A DNA stretch of 64,000 bases from Candidatus Omnitrophota bacterium (GTDB lineage Bacteria > Omnitrophota > Gorgyraeia > Zapsychrales > JANLHA01), in the NCBI GenBank assembly GCA_029560465.1, contig JAKQKX010000065.1, forward strand, positions 5,148 through 69,147, in the 5' to 3' direction. The notes beneath the pieces were generated by a model that was given only the letters and a program-made list of their open reading frames with translations, was not told where the DNA came from and did not search any database. The position numbers and the translations under genes are program-made. Shown in pieces: positions 1 to 10,151 of the stretch; position 1 is the stretch's first letter; each line of letters begins with the position of its first letter.

Positions 1-1672
1 TCGACCCGCCGGCCTCCAGCCGGTCGATAGCCCGCAGGATACGTTCTTTCTCATAACCCGGAGTGGAATCAAGCGCCAGCCCGGCCTGCCCAGCGTACGT
101 CACGATGGACACCCGTTCCTCCGGCCGCAGCCGCTCGACCATCATTTCCAAAGCGGATTTTAAAAGCGGAAGTTTTTCCGGCCTGTTCATCGACCCTGAA
201 ACGTCAATCAGAAACACGAGGTTGCTCGCCGGCATATCCGCTCCCGAAAGCTCCTTGGCCTTGATTCCGATCAGAGCCAACTGGTGCTCCGGGTTCCAGG
301 GGCAGGGCGCGGTTTCCGTGACCAGGGAAAACGGCTCCTCTCCGTCCGGCTGCGGATAATCGTACACGAAATAGTTCACCATCTCTTCGATGCGCACCGC
401 ATCCCTGGGCGGCATCTGCCCATGATTAAGATACCGGCGGACATTCGCGTAAGAAGCCGTGTCCACATCAATGGAAAACGTGGACAGGGGATTTTCCAGC
501 ACAGCCAGGAACTCGTTTTCATAAATACGGTCATATTGCTCGGTGTTCGCGTCTTCCTTCTTCTCATAATACGGGCGCGGCCCTGCCCAGTCTTCATCCG
601 GTTCAACGATCATAAACCCCGGCCGCATGGGGACAAGGCCCTTGTCCGTATAGTTATAAACCTCTCCGGACCGCCCGTTTGCAACGTACCCCTGCGTGGC
701 AGGCGCCACGGACATGGACGCCGCCGGGGAAGCCATCATTTTCTTTACCGCAGGCGAAGACCACGCTCGGGATTCTTCAGCCGCGTAACGACCGGTGAGC
801 GCCCCCGTTTCCATGGTCCTGTCGCCGAGCCGGCTATCGGCTTTCCCCTCCAACCTGTCCAAGGCAAAGGACTCCGTTTTATGGGCAGATTCCCCGTAAA
901 AAACCGGAAGAGACTCTTGTTCACGTAACTCCCTGTCTTTGCTGACCAGGACCTCATTCTGCCTAATGATCCCCAGGGGAGTTTCCTCCCGCGGAGGCTG
1001 GCCTTTAAATAAAAACCCGTCGCTGAGGACCTCTTCTCCCAAAACAGGCCCGGACACAGCCTCCATCACCGCTTTTCGCTTTTCACCCGGCTCAACAGGT
1101 GCTGCGGCTAACCGGTTCTGGCTGGAAGGGACATCCGATGGGGGTGCGGTCAAATTCGCCTTTTCCCGCAGGGCAGAGCCCCCCTCCATTCTCCCGCGCG
1201 CGGCATTCAGTTGCGGTGTTGCCACCCGCGCGTGCGTTTCTTTTTTGGCTCCCCGGGGTGCCGTTAGGGCCGGAGACGCGTTTTCCGTGCTCACGTCCTC
1301 CCGCGCTTCCTGCAAAGCCGTCTGCACGTTCCGTTTCAAATACACCCGCAAGGACACCGTAAAAACCAGCAAACAAATCATAAGCGTGCTCATCGCGTTA
1401 TAGGGGATGTGATGATCCTTTTTACGCATGTGTTGTCCCTCCCGGTTTTTGACCGCTTTGACCTGATTGATAATTTTCTGCTCCAGATCGGGAGAGAGGG
1501 ATTCGGCGCGCCAAGTTTTAAGAGAAGAGGAAATTTTTTGGACATCCCGGTAAAACCGCTGGCATTCTTCACACTCCACCAGGTGGTCTTCAACCGCCTG
1601 GCGCTCGGATTCAGACAACTCCTGGTCGATATAAGCGGAAATCAGCATGCGCATGTTTTCATGATCAGTCAT
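1..1672 (-). CDS. zf-HC2 anti-sigma / TM / YfbK-like VWA domain fusion protein (3' end runs off window)
   Basis: Manual translation from ATG 1672, which overlaps the sigma stop (ATGACTGA): MTDHENMRMLISAYIDQELSESERQAVEDHLVECEECQR (HxxxCxxC), then TM segment MICLLVFTVSL. The same frame reads NLVFLIDVSGSM...KLPLLKSALEMMV...VSIVTYAG near the window start (MIDAS DxSxS). Not in the ORF track because there is no stop in the window. Confidence 0.85.
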   Translation of the reverse strand, partial: MTDHENMRMLISAYIDQELSESERQAVEDHLVECEECQRFYRDVQKISSSLKTWRAESLSPDLEQKIINQVKAVKNREGQHMRKKDHHIPYNAMSTLMICLLVFTVSLRVYLKRNVQTALQEAREDVSTENASPALTAPRGAKKETHARVATPQLNAARGRMEGGSALREKANLTAPPSDVPSSQNRLAAAPVEPGEKRKAVMEAVSGPVLGEEVLSDGFLFKGQPPREETPLGIIRQNEVLVSKDRELREQESLPVFYGESAHKTESFALDRLEGKADSRLGDRTMETGALTGRYAAEESRAWSSPAVKKMMASPAASMSVAPATQGYVANGRSGEVYNYTDKGLVPMRPGFMIVEPDEDWAGPRPYYEKKEDANTEQYDRIYENEFLAVLENPLSTFSIDVDTASYANVRRYLNHGQMPPRDAVRIEEMVNYFVYDYPQPDGEEPFSLVTETAPCPWNPEHQLALIGIKAKELSGADMPASNLVFLIDVSGSMNRPEKLPLLKSALEMMVERLRPEERVSIVTYAGQAGLALDSTPGYEKERILRAIDRLEAGGS

Positions 1673-2246
1673 CTTGCCCCTCCATTAATATGGATGGTAA
1701 ATCTTTTCGCAGCCGCGCCCTTGCTCTGTAAATAAGTATTTTCACGTTCTCGAGCGAGCAGCCCATAATTGCGGCGATATCATCATATTTAAAGCCGTGA
1801 TATTCCCTCAAAATCAGCGCTTCCTTCTGATCGTCCGGCAGTTGTTCCACCGCCCGCTGAATCGCGGTCGCGGTTTCCTCTCCCATCAAACGTTCGGGAG
1901 GCAACGGGCCGGGATCCGGGACAGGGATCTCTTCATATGTGTCACTCCCGCCGCTGGAAACCCAGAGTGACGACAACCGGTTCCGGGACCGGAGTTTAGA
2001 AATGCTGGCATTGCGGGCGATGGTGAAAAGCCAGGTCGAAAATTTGGCCTGGGGCTTATAGCTGTGCTTATGCGTGTATAATTTCATAAAGACTTCCGCC
2101 ACCACATCCTCCGCGTCCGCCCGGTTGCATAAAAGCCGCATGACAAAATTGAAAACCGGGGCCTTATACTTCCGGAACAGGTCTTCGAAAGCCCATTCCT
2201 GGCCATTTTGAAACTCCAAAATCAGCTCTTCGTCAGCGCGCTTCAT
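1665..2246 (-). CDS. ECF (sigma-70 family, RpoE-like) RNA polymerase sigma factor
   Basis: DAEDVVAEVF, FSTWLFTIARN, LPDDQKEALILREYHGFKYDDIAAIMG..VKILIYRAR region 2/4 motifs. Confidence 0.95.
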   Translation of the reverse strand: MKRADEELILEFQNGQEWAFEDLFRKYKAPVFNFVMRLLCNRADAEDVVAEVFMKLYTHKHSYKPQAKFSTWLFTIARNASISKLRSRNRLSSLWVSSGGSDTYEEIPVPDPGPLPPERLMGEETATAIQRAVEQLPDDQKEALILREYHGFKYDDIAAIMGCSLENVKILIYRARARLRKDLPSILMEGQDD

Positions 2247-2433
2247 ATCCTCTTTTCCGCTCTCTCCTACCGGTTAAACTGCGTCCTCCCAAAAAAGTTA
2301 CACAAAATTTCTCCCACGCGAAAATAGCGCCCCCCGTTCCCGGGCACTGTATGATCGCTTCGGCCTGAAAGACTGATATCATTATGTTAAAATGAAGCTA
2401 TCTTGAGGAAGATAAAAAGCGGACAACAAAAAT

Positions 2434-2532
2434 TTAACGACTGCCCATGTAAACCCAGAAAGCGGCGATAAGCAAAACAGCGATGCCTCCGAAAACAAGG
2501 GCCTTCTTTAAAATTGAAGTTATATCCTTCAT
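2434..2532 (-). CDS. small single-TM membrane protein (32 aa, MKDITSILKKALVFGGIAVLLIAAFWVYMGSR)
   Basis: ATG preceded by GAGGA; basic N-terminus followed by ~20 hydrophobic residues; below the ORF-track length cutoff. Confidence 0.55.
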   Translation of the reverse strand: MKDITSILKKALVFGGIAVLLIAAFWVYMGSR

Positions 2533-2637
2533 AAGGATCCTCTGATATACGTTAAAATCCTGTTATTAAATATAACAATATTTTTACTGCCAAGCCATCT
2601 TTTAAATAAATTTTTACAACCCGCGCGATAAGCCTTA

Positions 2638-3165
2638 TTACGGCTTACCGCGGTTAAACAGGCCGATGAGTTCCGCTTCGGCCAGGACATGGCCTTTCAT
2701 GGCTTTGATCACGTCGGCTTTGCCCCATTTCGGCGATGGGGTTAAAACCGTATCCAGGGCGTAGAGTTTAAAAAAATACCGGTGCGTTCCACTAGGCGGG
2801 CAAGGCCCGCCATAATGAGTTCTTCCGAAGCTGTTCAACGCCTGCTGCCCGGGCACGGAATTTTCCGCGATGACCTCAACCGGAGGGATATTATAAAGCA
2901 CCCAGTGGACCCATATCCCCATGGGCGCGTCAGGGTCATCCATAATCAACGCCAGTGTTTTGGCCCCTTCCGGTATTCCGTGGATATACAACGGCGGGTT
3001 GACATCCTCCCCCGAACATGTGTATCGGGCTGGAATCTTTTCATTATCATGAAAGGCCGGGCTCGTGACTTGAAACATGGAAGCGGTTATCCCGGGTTTA
3101 ACGGGCAAGGCCAGACTCCCCCCTATTAAAACACCAACACACACGAGCGCTTGATTTATTTTCAT
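2638..3165 (-). CDS. YbhB/YbcL family Raf kinase inhibitor-like (PEBP) protein
   Basis: DDPDAP, WVHWVLYNIP, YGGPCPPSGTHRYFFKLYALD. Confidence 0.95.
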   Translation of the reverse strand: MKINQALVCVGVLIGGSLALPVKPGITASMFQVTSPAFHDNEKIPARYTCSGEDVNPPLYIHGIPEGAKTLALIMDDPDAPMGIWVHWVLYNIPPVEVIAENSVPGQQALNSFGRTHYGGPCPPSGTHRYFFKLYALDTVLTPSPKWGKADVIKAMKGHVLAEAELIGLFNRGKP

Positions 3166-3288
3166 GAAGCCCTCCTGGTCTTATCCTCACCAGATACCCG
3201 GGTGAAGGATTTTTTCTAAAACTCTCTCTGGGTTTCCATAAGGAGGCCTCTTGCCTCCCTCCTTTATTATTAATCACGGGCATGCAGG

Positions 3289-4053
3289 TCAATAATTCCA
3301 AATAATACCCACCGGGCAGTGGTCAGAGCCCAGGACATCTTTTAAAATAAACGCGTCTTGAAGGCGCGGGAGCAAATCGGGCGTTATGAAAAAATAATCA
3401 ATCCTCCAACCGACATCCCGTTCCCGGGCTTTGGTTTTATAATCCCACCAGGAATAATGGCCCGGGCTTTTATGAAAATGCCGGAATGTGTCGATATACC
3501 CCAGGCCCAGGAAGCGCGTAAGCCAGGCGCGTTCCTCAGGCAGGAACCCGGTGTTTTTTTCGTTCTCTTTGGGACGGGCCAAGTCAATCTCGGCGTGAGC
3601 GGTATTAATATCCCCGCACATCACAACCGCCTTGCCCGCTTTACGGAATTTCTCCAGTTTCTTGAGCAAACAATCATAAAAGGCCATTTTAAAAGGCACC
3701 CGTTTGTTCCCGCTGCCGCCGTTAGGGACATACAGATTAAACAGGATAAATTCGTTGAATGTGCAAATCAGCACCCGGCCTTCTGCGTCAAATGCGTCCA
3801 CGCCCAGCCCTTCCTCCACCTTCAAAGGCTCGGTCTTTGTGTACACCGCAACCCCGCTATACCCTTTCCGTCGCGCTGATGACCAAAACGAATGGTATCC
3901 GGCCGGGGAAATGACCGCCGCAGATAATTGATCCGGCTGCGCCTTGGTTTCCTGAAGGCACAGGATATCCGGAGACGCGTCTTTCAGCCAGCTCAGGAAC
4001 CCTTTTTTCTCAACCGCTCTGATCCCGTTGACGTTCCAGCTAAGCAATTTCAT
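3289..4053 (-). CDS. xth: exodeoxyribonuclease III / AP endonuclease
   Basis: MKLLSWNVNGIR, LCLQETK, GDINTAH, GWRIDYF, SDHCP. Confidence 0.96.
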   Translation of the reverse strand: MKLLSWNVNGIRAVEKKGFLSWLKDASPDILCLQETKAQPDQLSAAVISPAGYHSFWSSARRKGYSGVAVYTKTEPLKVEEGLGVDAFDAEGRVLICTFNEFILFNLYVPNGGSGNKRVPFKMAFYDCLLKKLEKFRKAGKAVVMCGDINTAHAEIDLARPKENEKNTGFLPEERAWLTRFLGLGYIDTFRHFHKSPGHYSWWDYKTKARERDVGWRIDYFFITPDLLPRLQDAFILKDVLGSDHCPVGIIWNY

Positions 4054-5113
4054 GGGGACCTCCTGCACATGTCTGCTCATCAACAGAGAAAACTCCGGCG
4101 CACTCCGTGCCGCAAAACGCGCATCGGTTGCCTTGTGTCAAATGACAAGCGCCTATTTTATACCCCACCCGTTCGATGACGCACTGCCCACAGCCGTGGC
4201 AATACGTGCTGCTCCCTTCCGGGTCAACGATATTTCCTGTATAAACATGCCGGACACCCCTGGATTTGGCAAGGCGCCTCGAGCGGGCCAAGACATCCGC
4301 CGGCGTGACAGGCGCATCCACGAGCCGGTACGCGGGATGGAACGCGGTGAGGTGCAGCGGCACGTCCGGGCCAAGGTTCGAGACGATCCAATCTGTCATC
4401 CGGGAGAGTTCATCTTCGGAATCGTTCCGGCCCGGGATCAGCAATGTGGTGATTTCCACCCAGACTGAAGTTTCGTTCTTGAGGTACAGAAGGGTTTCCA
4501 GGATCGGCCGCAAGGACCCTTGGCAGTATTCCCGGTAAAACTCTTCTGAAAAAGATTTCAGGTCCACATTGGCGGCGTCCATGGCCTGAAAAAAATCCCG
4601 GCGCGCCTGGCCGGTGATATACCCGGCGGTGACAGCCACGGTTTGGACGCCCTCTTCATGGCAGGCGTCCGCGGTATCAATCGCGTATTCCGCAAAAATA
4701 GCCGGCTCATTATACGTAAACGCCACGCTGCGGCAGCCCAACTCGCGAGCCCGGCGGGCAATAGCGTCTGGAGGCGCGTTGACCGACAGCAGGTCTTCCT
4801 GCCGGGAACGGCTCAAATCCCAGTTCTGGCAAAACCGGCAGCCCAGATTACACCCGGTTGTCCCGAAAGACAAAACACTGGAGCCTGGGAGAAAATGGTT
4901 GAGCGGTTTTTTTTCAATCGGGTCAACGCACAATCCACTGGTGCGGCCGTACGCGGTCAGGACAAGCCGCTGTCCTATATTTTGACGGATAAAACAGAAC
5001 CCCCGCTGGCCTTCAGCAAGGCGGCAGGCCCGCGGACAAAGACGGCAGACAATATGGCCTGAAGCGTCCTTGTCCCAATATTGAGCGGTATAATGCTGTT
5101 GATTTGGATTCAT
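4040..5113 (-). CDS. amrS: AmmeMemoRadiSam system radical SAM enzyme
   Basis: CRLCPRAC N-terminus, DPIEKKPLNHFLPG, GCNLGCRFCQNW, AFTYNEP. Confidence 0.93.
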   Translation of the reverse strand: MNPNQQHYTAQYWDKDASGHIVCRLCPRACRLAEGQRGFCFIRQNIGQRLVLTAYGRTSGLCVDPIEKKPLNHFLPGSSVLSFGTTGCNLGCRFCQNWDLSRSRQEDLLSVNAPPDAIARRARELGCRSVAFTYNEPAIFAEYAIDTADACHEEGVQTVAVTAGYITGQARRDFFQAMDAANVDLKSFSEEFYREYCQGSLRPILETLLYLKNETSVWVEITTLLIPGRNDSEDELSRMTDWIVSNLGPDVPLHLTAFHPAYRLVDAPVTPADVLARSRRLAKSRGVRHVYTGNIVDPEGSSTYCHGCGQCVIERVGYKIGACHLTQGNRCAFCGTECAGVFSVDEQTCAGGPHEIA

Positions 5114-5158
5114 CAGTCGTCTAGAATTTGATAACGGCCCCGCACAACCGGGGCGGTA

Positions 5159-5734
5159 TCAGTGGACAATGCCGGCAAACCCCATAAACGCCAGGGAAAG
5201 CAATCCGGCAATGACAAGCGTGATCGGGGTCCCCCTCATCCCCTCCGGGACATCCGCCAAATCCAACTGTTCACGAATACTGGAAAAAAGGATCAAGGCC
5301 ATGGAAAAGCCGATTGCGTTGGCCATGGCAAAAACCACGCTTTCCAGCAGGTTATATTCTTTCTGAATGACGAGGATCGCAACACCCAGGACAGTACAGT
5401 TGGTCGTGATCAGCGGCAGAAAAACGCCCAGGGCCTGGTAGAGCGGGCGGCTGACCTTCTTTAAAATAATTTCGACCATCTGAACCAGCGCGGCGATGAC
5501 TAAAATATAAGCCACGGTCTGCAAATAACCGATATGAAGAGGATTCAGGATGTATGTATTGACCAGGTAGGTCACGATCGTGGCGAGGGTCATGACAAAA
5601 ATAACCGCCCCGCACATGCCGACGGCGTTTGAAAAACGGTTTGAAACCCCTAGGCAGGGGCACAATCCCAGAAAACGTGTGAGGACGATATTATTGACGA
5701 GAACGGCGGAAATGATGATCAAAATGTATTCCAT
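5159..5734 (-). CDS. rnfA: Rnf electron transport complex subunit A
   Basis: NNIVLTRFLGLCP, LGVFLPLITTNC. Confidence 0.95.
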   Translation of the reverse strand: MEYILIIISAVLVNNIVLTRFLGLCPCLGVSNRFSNAVGMCGAVIFVMTLATIVTYLVNTYILNPLHIGYLQTVAYILVIAALVQMVEIILKKVSRPLYQALGVFLPLITTNCTVLGVAILVIQKEYNLLESVVFAMANAIGFSMALILFSSIREQLDLADVPEGMRGTPITLVIAGLLSLAFMGFAGIVH

Positions 5735-5738
5735 GATT

Positions 5739-6350
5739 TTAATCCGTTTTGTTGACTAATCTGACCAGCGCGATCATGTACCCCAGGACGATGAAAGCGC
5801 CGGGAGCCAGGATAAACACCAATATCCCGTCACCGGTAATAAATTTGTGGCCAAAAACCGCGCCGCTGCCCAAAAGTTCCCGCACCCCGCCCAGGAGTGT
5901 CAGGGCAAAGGTGAACCCCAGACCCATGCTTAAACCGTCAATGACCGAAAGCCAGACCGGGTTCTTTGAAGCATACGCTTCCGCTCTTCCCAAAATAATA
6001 CAGTTAACAACAATAAGGGGCAGGAACAGCCCCAGCTGCGCGTGCAAGGCCGGCGTATAGGCCGACATCACCAGGTCCACGATCGTTACGAAAGAGGCGA
6101 TCACCACGATAAAACACGGGATCCGGACATCATCCGGGACTAAAGATTTGATCAGGGACACCACCATGTTGGACATCACCAGCACAAAGGTCGCGGCCAG
6201 CCCCATCCCCAACCCATTGACTGCGGAGGTCGTGACCCCGAGCGTGGGGCAGATTCCGAGGACCAAAACAAAAACAGGGTTTTCGCGGAGAAAACCTTTA
6301 GTGAAATTCTTCCAGATACTAATGGCTCGACTCCTTTCTATAGACATCAT
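5739..6350 (-). CDS. rnfE: Rnf complex subunit E (start uncertain: ATG 6350/6347 or ATT 6323)
   Basis: [34 protein letters not shown]. Confidence 0.93.
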   Translation of the reverse strand: MMSIERSRAISIWKNFTKGFLRENPVFVLVLGICPTLGVTTSAVNGLGMGLAATFVLVMSNMVVSLIKSLVPDDVRIPCFIVVIASFVTIVDLVMSAYTPALHAQLGLFLPLIVVNCIILGRAEAYASKNPVWLSVIDGLSMGLGFTFALTLLGGVRELLGSGAVFGHKFITGDGILVFILAPGAFIVLGYMIALVRLVNKTD

Positions 6351-6897
6351 ACGCTCTCTGCACCGCGTTGCAAAAGGCTCTGGAACTGATGGTCGCAGCC
6401 GTGATCGCGTCCACACTCCCCCCGTCTTTTTTCACCGTCAGGCTAAAGGCACCCGGATTCTTATTTTGAAATTGCCGGGTGAAATCCGATTTTTTACGGT
6501 CGATTTTATCCCCCAAGCCCGGGGTTTCTTTATGGTCCAGGACCTCCACGTCATAAATCGTTCCGTCAGGAAGAAACCCCACCATAAGCTTTATTTCCCC
6601 CCCGAACCCCTGCTGCGTCCAGGATTCGACAGCGGTCCCCACCACTTCCCCGGCTTTCTTGACCGGATACAGCGTGATACACCGTTCATTCTGGCAGCGT
6701 TCCGTTTTATCGTCAAACGGGGAACTGTCGAATTCCGGCACGACATTCCTGATAGCCTCTATTTTTTTATTTAATTCCGCCCGGGCCTTGGGGCCTTTCG
6801 TGACTTCATAGACAAAACCCAAGGACGCGGAAGAAACAAACGTCGCCACGAAAAGGGTCGTCACCAGATTGAGGAATGTTGGCTCCTTCTTTTTCAT
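6319..6897 (-). CDS. rnfG: Rnf complex subunit G (FMN-binding)
   Basis: [20 protein letters not shown]. Confidence 0.93.
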   Translation of the reverse strand: MKKKEPTFLNLVTTLFVATFVSSASLGFVYEVTKGPKARAELNKKIEAIRNVVPEFDSSPFDDKTERCQNERCITLYPVKKAGEVVGTAVESWTQQGFGGEIKLMVGFLPDGTIYDVEVLDHKETPGLGDKIDRKKSDFTRQFQNKNPGAFSLTVKKDGGSVDAITAATISSRAFCNAVQRAYDVYRKESSH

Positions 6898-6898
6898 C

Positions 6899-7888
6899 TT
6901 ATTCCCCGAAACGTTTCGGCTTGCAATACCTGTTAATAAGCGGGACGAAAGCGTTCATAATAAGGATCGCGAAAGAAACCCCTTCCGGATAAGCGCCGAA
7001 AACCCGGATCGTGACGGTCAGGATCCCGATCCCGCCCCCGAAAATAAACATGCCTTTAGGGATCATCGGTGAGGTCACATAATCTGTGGCCATAAAAATA
7101 GCGCCGAGCAGGATCCCGCCGGTTAAAACATGAAAAACCGGGTTCATATATTTGACCGGGTTCACCAGCCACAATAAGCCGGAAAAAGCGGCGGCGCTTC
7201 CTATCACCGCGACCGGAATATGCCAGGTGATGATTTTCCGGTACAGCAAATACGCGCCGCCCGCCAGGAGCGCCAGGGCGGACATTTCCCCCAAGGATCC
7301 GGCCATCTTGCCCAAAAACAAATCCGAGTAACGCGGCAGCTCGCTCATCAACTGCTGCGGCGTTAGCCCGTTTTTTAATCCTTCCTTAATAATCGCTAGG
7401 GGCGTCGCGGTGGTGACCCCATCCACCGCCGCCATCGCGCCGCTAAACGGCTTGGGCCACGTCGTCATGGCCACGGGAAAAGACACCAGCAAGAAAACCC
7501 GGCCGATCAGCGCAGGGTTAAACGGATTGTTCCCCAACCCGCCGAAGGTCATTTTGGCCACCGCGATCGCGATAAAGCTGCCCAGCACCACCATCCAGCC
7601 TGGAAGCGTGGCCGGCACGTTAAACGCCAACAAAAGGCCCGTGACAGCCGCAGACCCGTCTGATACCGACGGATCTTTTTTAAGGATATACTTCTGGATC
7701 AAATATTCAAAAAAAACGGATGATATCACGGCCAAAGCCGATACTTTCAGCGCCGCCCAGCCAAAAACAATAAGGGACACGATCCAAGCGGGCATCAAAG
7801 CCACCAGCACGCCGGTCATGATTTTGCGGACCGATTCTCCGCTGTACATATGGGGCGACAAAGAAACCGTTAAAAGTGATGGGTTCAT
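6899..7888 (-). CDS. rnfD: Rnf complex subunit D
   Basis: FGGLGNNPFNPALIGR, DGVTTATPL, FMATDYVTSP. Confidence 0.95.
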   Translation of the reverse strand: MNPSLLTVSLSPHMYSGESVRKIMTGVLVALMPAWIVSLIVFGWAALKVSALAVISSVFFEYLIQKYILKKDPSVSDGSAAVTGLLLAFNVPATLPGWMVVLGSFIAIAVAKMTFGGLGNNPFNPALIGRVFLLVSFPVAMTTWPKPFSGAMAAVDGVTTATPLAIIKEGLKNGLTPQQLMSELPRYSDLFLGKMAGSLGEMSALALLAGGAYLLYRKIITWHIPVAVIGSAAAFSGLLWLVNPVKYMNPVFHVLTGGILLGAIFMATDYVTSPMIPKGMFIFGGGIGILTVTIRVFGAYPEGVSFAILIMNAFVPLINRYCKPKRFGE

Positions 7889-9234
7889 TTTTGTTTTTGT
7901 TCCTTTAATTTCTTAAAAACGTTGGCTTTACCAAGCCGGATATAATCCAGAAGCGGCCGGTGGGACGGGCACACAAAACTACAGCAGGAGCACTCGCAGC
8001 AGCTCAGCACCCTTTCGCCAAAAGCGCGGTCCAACTGATTCCGCTCGACGAGCGCCATCAACAGATACGGCTCCAGGCCCAACGGGCAGGCAAACACGCA
8101 TTTCGCGCAGCGGATACAATTCTCAACAAGTTCACGCTTGGCCTGGTCTTCAGGCAACACGAGAAGCCCGGATGTCCCTTTGGTGACCGGGATATCGGTC
8201 GAGTCCAGGGCCCGGCCCATCATCGGACCGCCGGCAATGATTTTCCCTGTCTTATCCGGCAATCCCCCTGCGGCTTTAATAAGCTCATGAAACGGGGTCC
8301 CGACCCTGACCCAAAAGTTCGACGGGTTTTGAATCGCCGGGCCGGTGACCGTGACGACGCGTTCAATAAGCGGTTTGTTCTTTTGAACGGCTTCGTATAC
8401 AGCGAAAACAGTGCCGACATTAAACACCGCGCAACCGACATCGCTGGGAAGGCCTTTGGGCGGCGGAGGGATTTCCCGCCCGGTCAAAGCTTTGACAAGC
8501 TGCCTCTCCCCTCCCTGAGGATAGCACACCTTAAGGGGTTCGACCCGGATACCGGGATAATCGCGAGCGGCGGCGGCCAGGATATCAATCGCGTCGGGTT
8601 TATTCTCTTCGATACCGATACACGCCTGATCAATGCCCAGGCCTTTTAAAAGAATCCGGACGCCGGTCACGACCTCCTCACTCTTTTCGACCATCAGGCG
8701 GTGGTCCGCCGTGAGGTACGGCTCGCATTCAACTCCGTTAATCAGAAGAAACTCCATGGGCTTGTCTTTCGGCGGAGACAATTTGACATGGGAAGGAAAG
8801 GCCGCCCCGCCCAGGCCGACGATGCCCGCCGCAGCGATCTTCGCGATGATATCCTCCCGCCCCGGGATATCCTTCTTCAAATCCAAGCCCCTGTCAATGC
8901 CGCCCGCCCATTCATCCTCCTGAACATCAAGGATAACTGCCGGGCGTTTATAGCCCGTCACGTCTTTGACGGGATCGATTTTCTTCACGTTCCCGGTCAC
9001 CGAGGCGTGGATGTTCGCGGAGACAAACCCTTCGGCCCGGGCGATAAGCTGCCCGGTCTTCACGAAATCCCCCGCCTTCACCAGAGGAACCGCCGGAGCG
9101 CCGATATGCTGGGAAAGCAGGATCGCAACGGTCTTAGGCAAAGGAAGCATGGATAAGGGTTTGTCCGCTGAAAGCTTGCTGTCATGCGGATGAACCCCTC
9201 CCTGTGGAAATGTTTTTGGCGAACCACTCCTCAT
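7885..9234 (-). CDS. rnfC: Rnf complex subunit C
   Basis: QHIGAP, GIVGLGGAAFP, INGVECEPYLTADHR, GGPMMG, two 4Fe-4S motifs. Confidence 0.95.
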   Translation of the reverse strand: MRSGSPKTFPQGGVHPHDSKLSADKPLSMLPLPKTVAILLSQHIGAPAVPLVKAGDFVKTGQLIARAEGFVSANIHASVTGNVKKIDPVKDVTGYKRPAVILDVQEDEWAGGIDRGLDLKKDIPGREDIIAKIAAAGIVGLGGAAFPSHVKLSPPKDKPMEFLLINGVECEPYLTADHRLMVEKSEEVVTGVRILLKGLGIDQACIGIEENKPDAIDILAAAARDYPGIRVEPLKVCYPQGGERQLVKALTGREIPPPPKGLPSDVGCAVFNVGTVFAVYEAVQKNKPLIERVVTVTGPAIQNPSNFWVRVGTPFHELIKAAGGLPDKTGKIIAGGPMMGRALDSTDIPVTKGTSGLLVLPEDQAKRELVENCIRCAKCVFACPLGLEPYLLMALVERNQLDRAFGERVLSCCECSCCSFVCPSHRPLLDYIRLGKANVFKKLKEQKQK

Positions 9235-9290
9235 AATAAGTCCTCTATTCCAATGGCTTAACTTCCGACCCCACAAACCCGCGCCATGCG

Positions 9291-10148
9291 CTACGCTGAG
9301 CTTTTTACCCCCGCCGGTTCAGAGGCGGCTTTCAATTCGGGCAGGTTCATTTCAACGATCGCGTGTGTCGGGCACACGGGCGCGCATTTCCGGCAAAGCC
9401 GGCACTTTTCATGATCAATATACGCCAGGTTATTTTTCAACGTAATCGCCTCGAATGGGCAGGCCTTAACGCACAACCCGCAGCCGATACAGGCCACTGC
9501 GCAGGACTTTTTAGCGACCGGCCCTTTGTCCTGATTGATACAACTCACAAAAATACGCCTGTTCTTGGGCCCGCGCCTGCGCAACTCAATAATAAACCGG
9601 GGGCACGCTTTGACGCAGGCGCCGCAAGCCGTACATTTATCGTCGATCACCTCCGGAAGGCCGGTGTCCGGGTTCATGAATATCGCCTGAAATTTACAGG
9701 CTTTGACACAGTCGCCCAGGCCGAGGCAACCATAAGCGCATCCCGTATCCCCCCCGTACAAAGAAGCGGCAATGGAACAAGCCGGAGCGCTGTCATAAAG
9801 GCTCGTCTTGGCCCGGTGAGCATACGACCCCTGGCATCGGATCACCGCGATTAAGGGGTCCTTTTGAGACACCTTCTTCCCCAGGATATCAGCCACCGCG
9901 TCCATGCAGGCCTGCCCGCCGACCGGGCAATACAAATCAGTTAAATCCTCGGCCGCGACACAGGCTTCGGCGAAATTCCGGCACCCCGCATATCCGCATC
10001 CCCCGCAATTGGCCAGCGGCAACGCCGCTTCGACCTGGTCGACGCGGGGGTCTCCCTGCACTTTAAACTTCTGGGCCACGGCGTAAAGAATAACAGCAGA
10101 CAGAATACCCAGGACGCTTAATGTTACAATCGTAAAAACTATCGTCAT
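9291..10148 (-). CDS. rnfB: Rnf complex subunit B (polyferredoxin)
   Basis: LPLANCGGCGYAGC, several CxxCxxCxxxCP motifs. Confidence 0.95.
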   Translation of the reverse strand: MTIVFTIVTLSVLGILSAVILYAVAQKFKVQGDPRVDQVEAALPLANCGGCGYAGCRNFAEACVAAEDLTDLYCPVGGQACMDAVADILGKKVSQKDPLIAVIRCQGSYAHRAKTSLYDSAPACSIAASLYGGDTGCAYGCLGLGDCVKACKFQAIFMNPDTGLPEVIDDKCTACGACVKACPRFIIELRRRGPKNRRIFVSCINQDKGPVAKKSCAVACIGCGLCVKACPFEAITLKNNLAYIDHEKCRLCRKCAPVCPTHAIVEMNLPELKAASEPAGVKSSA

Positions 10149-10151
10149 GTT

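Noticed and set aside
4040-5113. amrS as part of a novel DNA-repair unit with xth
   Set aside because: Only adjacency and a short overlap support it; the AmmeMemoRadiSam partner genes are often encoded elsewhere.
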